Shown one piece after another: positions 58,148 to 64,000 of a stretch of 64,000 bases of DNA (positions are counted from its first letter, which is position 1; each line of letters opens with the position of its first letter). The notes under the pieces were generated by a model. That model was not told the DNA's origin. It was given only the letters and a program-made list of their open reading frames with translations, and searched no databases. The position numbers and the translations under genes were made by a program. The DNA is from an uncultured Thermoprotei archaeon. GTDB lineage: Archaea; Thermoproteota; Thermoprotei; Thermofilales; B15-G2. The DNA lies in the NCBI GenBank assembly GCA_965367815.1, contig CBDUKN010000004.1, forward strand, positions 64,001 to 128,000, in the 5' to 3' direction.

Positions 58148-59491
58148 TTGATGGAAGTCAGAAAGTACAGGCGCTTTGAAAGAGTGGGGGCTCACAGCCA
58201 TATTAAAGGACTAGGACTAGATGAAAAAGGTAAAGCAAAGCCCGTAGCAGACGGATTAGTAGGTCAAATAACAGCGAGAGAAGCTGCTGGAATAATAGTT
58301 AAAATGATTAAAAGTGGAAAAATGGCGGGAAGAGCTGTTCTACTAGCAGGGCCTCCTGGGACAGGAAAAACAGCAATTGCTGTGGCTATAGCAAAAGAAC
58401 TAGGCGAGGACACTCCTTTTGTAGCAATAAGTGGTGCTGAGATTTATTCAAGCGAAATTAAGAAAACAGAAGTTCTCATGCAGGCTATGAGAAAAGCTAT
58501 AGGAGTTCGTATACATGAATACAGGAAGATATATGAAGGTCTTGTAACAGACCTTGAAATAAAGACCGATAGACACCCGTACAATCCTTACGCGCAAATA
58601 CCTGTAAGTGCAAGAATTCGTCTTAAAACAAAAGAAGAGGAGAAGACTTTCGATGTAGATCAAGACATAACATATGAGCTTTTAAGCAAAGGAGTTAGAG
58701 TAGGTGATGTAATATGGATAGATGCTGAAACAGGAAGAGTGACTGTAGTCGGTAGAGGAGAAAGTGGAGCCAAGTACGACATATCGACATTCAGGAAAGT
58801 TCCTCTACCTGAAGGAAAGATACTTAAGGAAAAAGAGTTTGTACACACTGTTACTTTACATGACTTAGATGTACTAAATGCTCGTCGAACAAGCATAATT
58901 TCGTTAATATTCGGTGGAGCGGAAGAAAAAGAAATACCCCCAGATGTTAGAGCACAAGTAGACGAGCAGGTCAAAAAGCTAGTAGATGAAGGAAGAGCAG
59001 AAATTTTGCCAGGAGTACTCTTCATAGACGACGTTCACATGTTAGACATAGAGGCCTTTAGTTTCTTATCCCGTGCTCTCGAAAGTGAGCTTGCGCCAAT
59101 AATAATACTAGCTAGTAACAGAGGATTTACACGGATACGTGGAACAGATATTGTCGCGCCTCATGGAATACCACTAGATTTGCTAGACAGGCTACTGATT
59201 ATAGAGACTAGAGCCTATTCTTCAGAAGAAATAAAAGAAATTATTAAAATAAGAGCTCAAGAAGAAGGAGTAAAGTTAACAGAAGAAGCTCTCGAGATAT
59301 TGACGAAAATAGGTGCTGAAAGAAGCCTTAGATATGCTGTTCAGCTATTAACACCAGCCAGTATCGCAGCGAAGCAAGAGGAAAGAGACGTTGTTGAAAA
59401 AGTAGACGTTGAAAGAGTGCAACAGTTATTTAGTGATGTGAAAGAATCTGCAAAGTACTTGAAAGAATACGAAGAGAAGTTCTTGAAGTAG
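58148..59491 (+). CDS. TIP49/RuvB-like AAA+ ATPase
   Basis: AHSHIKGLGL, GPPGTGKTA, PGVLFIDDVHMLDIE, HGIPLDLLDR. Confidence 0.96.
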   Translation: MMEVRKYRRFERVGAHSHIKGLGLDEKGKAKPVADGLVGQITAREAAGIIVKMIKSGKMAGRAVLLAGPPGTGKTAIAVAIAKELGEDTPFVAISGAEIYSSEIKKTEVLMQAMRKAIGVRIHEYRKIYEGLVTDLEIKTDRHPYNPYAQIPVSARIRLKTKEEEKTFDVDQDITYELLSKGVRVGDVIWIDAETGRVTVVGRGESGAKYDISTFRKVPLPEGKILKEKEFVHTVTLHDLDVLNARRTSIISLIFGGAEEKEIPPDVRAQVDEQVKKLVDEGRAEILPGVLFIDDVHMLDIEAFSFLSRALESELAPIIILASNRGFTRIRGTDIVAPHGIPLDLLDRLLIIETRAYSSEEIKEIIKIRAQEEGVKLTEEALEILTKIGAERSLRYAVQLLTPASIAAKQEERDVVEKVDVERVQQLFSDVKESAKYLKEYEEKFLK

Positions 59492-59920
59492 CTATTTCTT
59501 ATGAGCATTTTTTCTTATTTTTAATATAACTACTATTAATATAGAAATAATTGATAATTGTCCCCAGTCTAAGTACATTACTTTTCTGTAAATATAGAAT
59601 ATTGGGTAAAATGATGCGTTAAATAAGATTCCTATAGTGGCTAAAAGGCTATAATGTGAAATTGTGAAAAGAAGCGAGGAGAAAAATACCATTAGGAAGG
59701 TGCGGTTGCTTTCAGCTGAATAAATCATTACTGAGAAAAGCCAGTACAAGAACGATAACACAGCGAGTCTCCAGAGAGGATACCAAGGATAGCGTTTGAG
59801 ATATCCTAAGTAGTAAGGATATGTTGATAGGTATTGCTCTAAAGGAATTGCTTGAGAGAAAAGTATTATTGCTATAGTTATTAGGAGTGCTAATAAAAGA
59901 TCGTAGTAAGTTTTCTTCAT
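59492..59920 (-). CDS. Hypothetical membrane protein
   Basis: About four hydrophobic segments; 1 nt downstream of the M50 gene. Confidence 0.65.
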   Translation of the reverse strand: MKKTYYDLLLALLITIAIILFSQAIPLEQYLSTYPYYLGYLKRYPWYPLWRLAVLSFLYWLFSVMIYSAESNRTFLMVFFSSLLFTISHYSLLATIGILFNASFYPIFYIYRKVMYLDWGQLSIISILIVVILKIRKNAHKK

Positions 59921-59921
59921 A

Positions 59922-61046
59922 TTATCTCACCATAGAAAATGCAATATTAGCTCCTAAAAGTACGAAAAAGTATGCCGAGATAGCGATTTGCATTATTTTC
60001 TTTAATTTATCTTCTTTAGCTATTTTCTCGATTAATGCTTCAACTATTCTTTCTCCATCAAACATTATTATTGGTAACATGTTTAGAGTAGCTACGCTGA
60101 AGTTTATTACGTATATCCATTCAGCAAATAATATAAGATTTTCCGGAAGTGGTCTTAAATAGTTTTGAGATATTTCAATGCCTATGAATGCTTTTCCTCC
60201 TCTATTTCCTAAAACTAGCTCGGCAAAAACTACTTTATTATTTCTTAGAACCTTAATGGTTATTTTTTCTCCTGGTTTATATTGAGAAAGAACCCTAGAT
60301 AAATCTGATATAGTGTTTATTGTGTGGTTATCGATGCTTAAGATAATATCTCCTGGAAGAAGGTGTTCTTCAGCAGGGTATCCCTTAATAGTATTTACAA
60401 CTAGAACTCCTCTAGGCGACTGATACCACATTGCTGTGAGAAGAAAGATCCACGTTATAATAACTACTAAAAAGTTTGCAAAAGACCCTGCAGAAAGTAT
60501 TCTGAGTTTTTTCCTTGTGCTAAGTAGCTTAAGTTTATTCTCATCTAATTCAACGAAACCTGCTAATAAAAATAATATTACAGCGAAACCCGAAGAAACT
60601 ATGGGGATATCTTCACTGGCAGCGGCAATTCCGTGAGCTAGCTCATGGACAATAAAAGCTATTATAATGGCTATTATTAAGTAGGGTATCATGTTCCATC
60701 CTATAGTTACTCCAGGTATTATTAGGATCATTTCCTGGGCTTTGGCAGGCTTATATATGAATGAATAAAGATTCACGTGTAGAAAATATATTATAAATAC
60801 CATTAAAAAGAAGCCAATTAATATTGATATATCAAAAAATATATGCCAGTATTTTGAGTATCTGCGACCTATTTTATATATTATTTCATTAAATTTTGAT
60901 GTTCTGAAGAAAAGTCCTAGAGGGTATACTTCAATACCTTTTTTGCGTAGTTTTTCGAGGTGCCGAAGAGATAAAATATAGACAATAAGCCAGAAACATG
61001 CTACTGAAAGTATTATGGGCAGTATGTTGCTGGAGAGGGCTAGCAC
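59922..61046 (-). CDS. Site-2 protease (M50) with PDZ domain
   Basis: HELAH, AGSFAN, PGDIILSID (PDZ), NMLPIIMFDG. Confidence 0.92.
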   Translation of the reverse strand: MLALSSNILPIILSVACFWLIVYILSLRHLEKLRKKGIEVYPLGLFFRTSKFNEIIYKIGRRYSKYWHIFFDISILIGFFLMVFIIYFLHVNLYSFIYKPAKAQEMILIIPGVTIGWNMIPYLIIAIIIAFIVHELAHGIAAASEDIPIVSSGFAVILFLLAGFVELDENKLKLLSTRKKLRILSAGSFANFLVVIITWIFLLTAMWYQSPRGVLVVNTIKGYPAEEHLLPGDIILSIDNHTINTISDLSRVLSQYKPGEKITIKVLRNNKVVFAELVLGNRGGKAFIGIEISQNYLRPLPENLILFAEWIYVINFSVATLNMLPIIMFDGERIVEALIEKIAKEDKLKKIMQIAISAYFFVLLGANIAFSMVR

Positions 61047-61141
61047 AGTAAGCTAATTCGATAGAATGCTTAAAAATTTATCTTGAGACAAGATTCTCCG
61101 TATCCGCGAAAAGCTTATTTATTTCTAAAGGAAGTTAAAAC

Positions 61142-61214
61142 GGGCCCGTAGTCTAGGGGTTAGGATGCCGCCCTTACGAGGCGGTGGTCCCGGGTTCGAA
61201 TCCCGGCGGGCCCA
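61142..61214 (+). tRNA. tRNA-Val(UAC)
   Basis: GGGCCCG acceptor; CCGCC-CT-TAC-GA-GGCGG; TTCGAAT T-loop; T-tract follows. Confidence 0.95.
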
Positions 61215-61265
61215 TTTTTCCCGAAAAGAGAATTCTTCTAATGATGTTTTCTGAGTGTTGCCAAA

Positions 61266-62603
61266 ATGAAGAGTACTCTGGCAACTACTCTTATATACAG
61301 GAGAGAAGCTACTATAGTAATGGTAGGAAAAGCTTCTTCCTGGAGAGACCGTGTTGCCTACTCTGGCATCACTGAAGAAGACAGGAGGAGGATACTGAAC
61401 TATGTTCTTGAAGTCAAAAAAGTCAAGTACAAGGACCTAGGCTTTGACAGAACCTTTGTTTATAGGCTCAGGAAAGGAGAGAGGAGGATAACTGATAGAG
61501 TTTTGAGGAGGCTCTTAGACTTTTTGACAAAGGAAGAGCTCACCAGGCTGCTTGGAGTAGAGAAGAAGCTTGAAGCCTTAGGCATTATGAGGAACGGAGT
61601 ACTAGACTACGGCCTAGTAATAGATATTCTAGAAGCTGCTAAAAGAGACAATTATTTGAAGAATCTTATTGCGAAATGGTTTTACGAGAACCTAGCACAT
61701 GAAATACCTCATGTAGTTAAAGTCACAGAGGAGCACGTAAAGAAATTTGAGAAAAGGCTCTCCGCAAAATCGAAGAAAACCAGAGAAGATAGACTCAGAT
61801 ATCTGCTTAAAGCACTAGAGGACCTTGAGTGGGAGCTAGCACCAGATAAACTTGAAGAATACATATACGAGCTCCAGGCAGAGTCACCGCACAAAGCAGC
61901 ACACATAGCCAAAGCCCTAAAACTCTTCATTAAGACAGTTCTAAAAGACAAAGCTCTCTACTACAGCTTCAAAGTACCCAGGCCTGGAGAAAAACTCGTA
62001 GCAGAGCCACTCACACTAGAAGAAGTAGTAAAAGTAGCCAAGAAAATAAAGCACCCTGGAGCACAAGCCTACTTCATTCTACTAGCCGAGACAGGTCTAC
62101 GGCCTGGAGAAGTCCTCTCACTAACCCTCTCCTCACTAGACCTAAATAATAGAAAAATAAGGATAGGAAAAATATCTGAGACAAAAAGAAGCTACATCAC
62201 CTTCTTGCACAAAAACACTGCTAACTATCTTAAAGAACGATATCTGCCTTTCAGAGAAGAATTTGTAGAAAAATACAGACCTATCCTAGCTAGACTAAAC
62301 ATAGATATTAAAGCCTGGGAAGCCAAGCTATTTCCCTTCAAAGACTACGAGCTAAGAAAAGAAATCTACACAGCTATGAAGAAAGCACTAAACCGGCAAT
62401 TCAGACTATATGATTTGAGAGCATTTTTCGCAGCCTACATGTCTACCAGAGGAGTCTCCCCGCTAATCATAAACATACTACAAGGAAGACTGCCTCCCCG
62501 TGAATTCAAAATACTCCAATTCCACTACCTTCCTTTTACAGAAAAAGACCTGAGAAAAATCTATGAGAAAAACGCACCATGCATAACAAAACAGATACTT
62601 TAG
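61266..62603 (+). CDS. Tyrosine recombinase, SSV/pTN3-like archaeal integrase (alternative start 61320)
   Basis: ETGLRPGE, ETKR, YDLR, LQGR, FHYL; directly downstream of tRNA-Val. Confidence 0.88.
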   Translation: MKSTLATTLIYRREATIVMVGKASSWRDRVAYSGITEEDRRRILNYVLEVKKVKYKDLGFDRTFVYRLRKGERRITDRVLRRLLDFLTKEELTRLLGVEKKLEALGIMRNGVLDYGLVIDILEAAKRDNYLKNLIAKWFYENLAHEIPHVVKVTEEHVKKFEKRLSAKSKKTREDRLRYLLKALEDLEWELAPDKLEEYIYELQAESPHKAAHIAKALKLFIKTVLKDKALYYSFKVPRPGEKLVAEPLTLEEVVKVAKKIKHPGAQAYFILLAETGLRPGEVLSLTLSSLDLNNRKIRIGKISETKRSYITFLHKNTANYLKERYLPFREEFVEKYRPILARLNIDIKAWEAKLFPFKDYELRKEIYTAMKKALNRQFRLYDLRAFFAAYMSTRGVSPLIINILQGRLPPREFKILQFHYLPFTEKDLRKIYEKNAPCITKQIL

Positions 62604-62951
62604 TTCATAAAGGTTTTTCCTATAAATCAGGGCTCTGTCTCAAAAACTCTAGGTGGTGTACAAAGTTCTTTCTTTATTTGCTCAATAATTTGTATTGCTT
62701 CTTTCGCTATCTTCTTCTCACTTTCTGTTAAAACTTCTAATTTTACTTCCTTTATATTAGATATTGTGTTTTCAGCATACGTAAGTAGTCTTTCTAAGCT
62801 TTTTGAAGCTTATTGAATTATGCTGTAAGTGTATAGATATGTATGAGTATTAAAGACTTAGCTAAAGAATATTTTCCTTAAATTAGAATATATAAGTTAG
62901 TCTTTTAAAATATTTTGTTTTGATATAAGAGATATTAATTATAACTTATTG

Positions 62952-63470
62952 TTATTTAGTTATTTCTTTTATTTTTGTCTTAATTTTGTTTATCATATTT
63001 GAAAGAATATTTATTATTTCTTCATTATTATCCTCAAAAAGTATGGCTCCGCATTCAGGGCATGAGAAGTCTAGATCATATGCTTCCTCTATGGTAAATC
63101 GTCTTAGACACTGTACGCAGACATAGAAACTGTTGTTTTGTTCATACTCCATTTTTCTTTCGAGAACTTTAATTACAGCCTTGATTCTCCGCGTAAGAAC
63201 GTTTATTATATTTTCGTCCTTGAGTCTCCAGTAGTACGTATACCAGCCTATGTTTTCATCACGCTCTCGCCTGTATGTTAAGATGTCAGCTTCATGCAGT
63301 TTAATTAAAATTTTTCGGACTTCACTTGGATTATCTATTTTTAATTTGGCAGATATCTCTTCATCTGTGGCTTCGCCTTTATCTATAATTATTGAGAGTA
63401 CCTTTGCTGCCAGTGGACCACTTAAGTCGCTTGCATATTCTAGTAGCAGCTTACGCTTAAGTGGTGTTAT
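62952..63470 (-). CDS. tfe: Transcription factor E (alpha), apparent non-canonical ATA start
   Basis: 173-codon open frame: ATDEEIS..L.I...[30 protein letters not shown]; the ORF track caught only the last 66 aa. Confidence 0.88.
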   Translation of the reverse strand: MTPLKRKLLLEYASDLSGPLAAKVLSIIIDKGEATDEEISAKLKIDNPSEVRKILIKLHEADILTYRRERDENIGWYTYYWRLKDENIINVLTRRIKAVIKVLERKMEYEQNNSFYVCVQCLRRFTIEEAYDLDFSCPECGAILFEDNNEEIINILSNMINKIKTKIKEITK

Positions 63471-64000
63471 GTACGTTTTTCATCACCTCGAACTACCTTT
63501 TTACCTCTTTTCTGCGGTATTATCTTTAGTTTTGCTGACTTATATTCTTTCAGCAGACATTTTCCTTCGAAGAATTTGTATAAAAACACGGCCAGTGCTG
63601 CTACTTCGCTATGAGGTTGATTTCCTATAGCAACATTGTAGTCTGCAATCTCGTAAAACTCGGGAGGTACTTTTTGCGAACCTACTATTACTAGAATGTC
63701 CTTGTTTTCTTGTTTTATTCGATCTATAACGTCGCTAGATTCTATATTCTCGCCATACATTGTTAAATGCACTATTATCCCTCCTCGATCTTTCCACTCT
63801 TTTACAACTTTTCTCCAGGGAGTGCCCATTTCTATGAAAAAGTCTCCTCCCCACAATTCAATTACTTTCTTTATACTTTTTTCTATTTTTTCATCGACAA
63901 CATCGGAAAGGATTATTCCATCCGCACCGAAAGCTCTAGCAACAAGGGCTACATGTGTGCTAATACGCTTATCTCTTTGAGGTCTATGTCCATATCTTAA
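63467..64000 (-). CDS. trm56: tRNA (cytidine(56)-2'-O)-methyltransferase, 5' end outside the window
   Basis: [47 protein letters not shown]. Confidence 0.95.
   Translation of the reverse strand, partial: LRYGHRPQRDKRISTHVALVARAFGADGIILSDVVDEKIEKSIKKVIELWGGDFFIEMGTPWRKVVKEWKDRGGIIVHLTMYGENIESSDVIDRIKQENKDILVIVGSQKVPPEFYEIADYNVAIGNQPHSEVAALAVFLYKFFEGKCLLKEYKSAKLKIIPQKRGKKVVRGDEKRT

Noticed and set aside
61184-61375. 63-aa ORF starting inside tRNA-Val
   Set aside because: It is tRNA sequence read as codons and overlaps int out of frame; at most a trace of the att-spanning frame.
1-64000. CRISPR array, cas genes, rRNA genes
   Set aside because: No regularly spaced repeats, cas motifs or long GC-rich rRNA-like tracts seen.

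Overview
AT-rich archaeal chromosome segment, most consistent with a Thermoproteota (Thermofilales/Thermoproteales-like) genome: short XPF, Hjc, RadA, L35Ae, stand-alone P1/L12, TIP49, Trm56, TFE and six C/D-box sRNAs. Most of it is housekeeping (DNA repair, translation quality control, nucleotide salvage, HMG-CoA reductase, class III RNR). Accessory or decaying elements are a solo tnpB pseudogene with structured RNA-like flanks, a glycoside-hydrolase-like remnant, a frameshifted carbamate kinase and a solo SSV-type integrase after tRNA-Val. Best candidates for new biology: (1) a Cys-rich 1809-aa S-layer-like protein with a PEF-TM-basic C-terminus, followed by a CxxC beta-propeller + thioredoxin + degenerate archaeosortase-like fusion, with a second propeller-thioredoxin paralog 35 kb away; (2) an ATPase-degenerate RadA paralog directly downstream of radA that shares an exact 144-bp block covering the FxxA polymerisation motif; (3) a C/D guide whose +5 position predicts wobble U34 of tRNA-Glu(UUC); (4) a tfe gene that appears to start at a non-canonical ATA. 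All family calls are by eye from motifs; no database searches were run.
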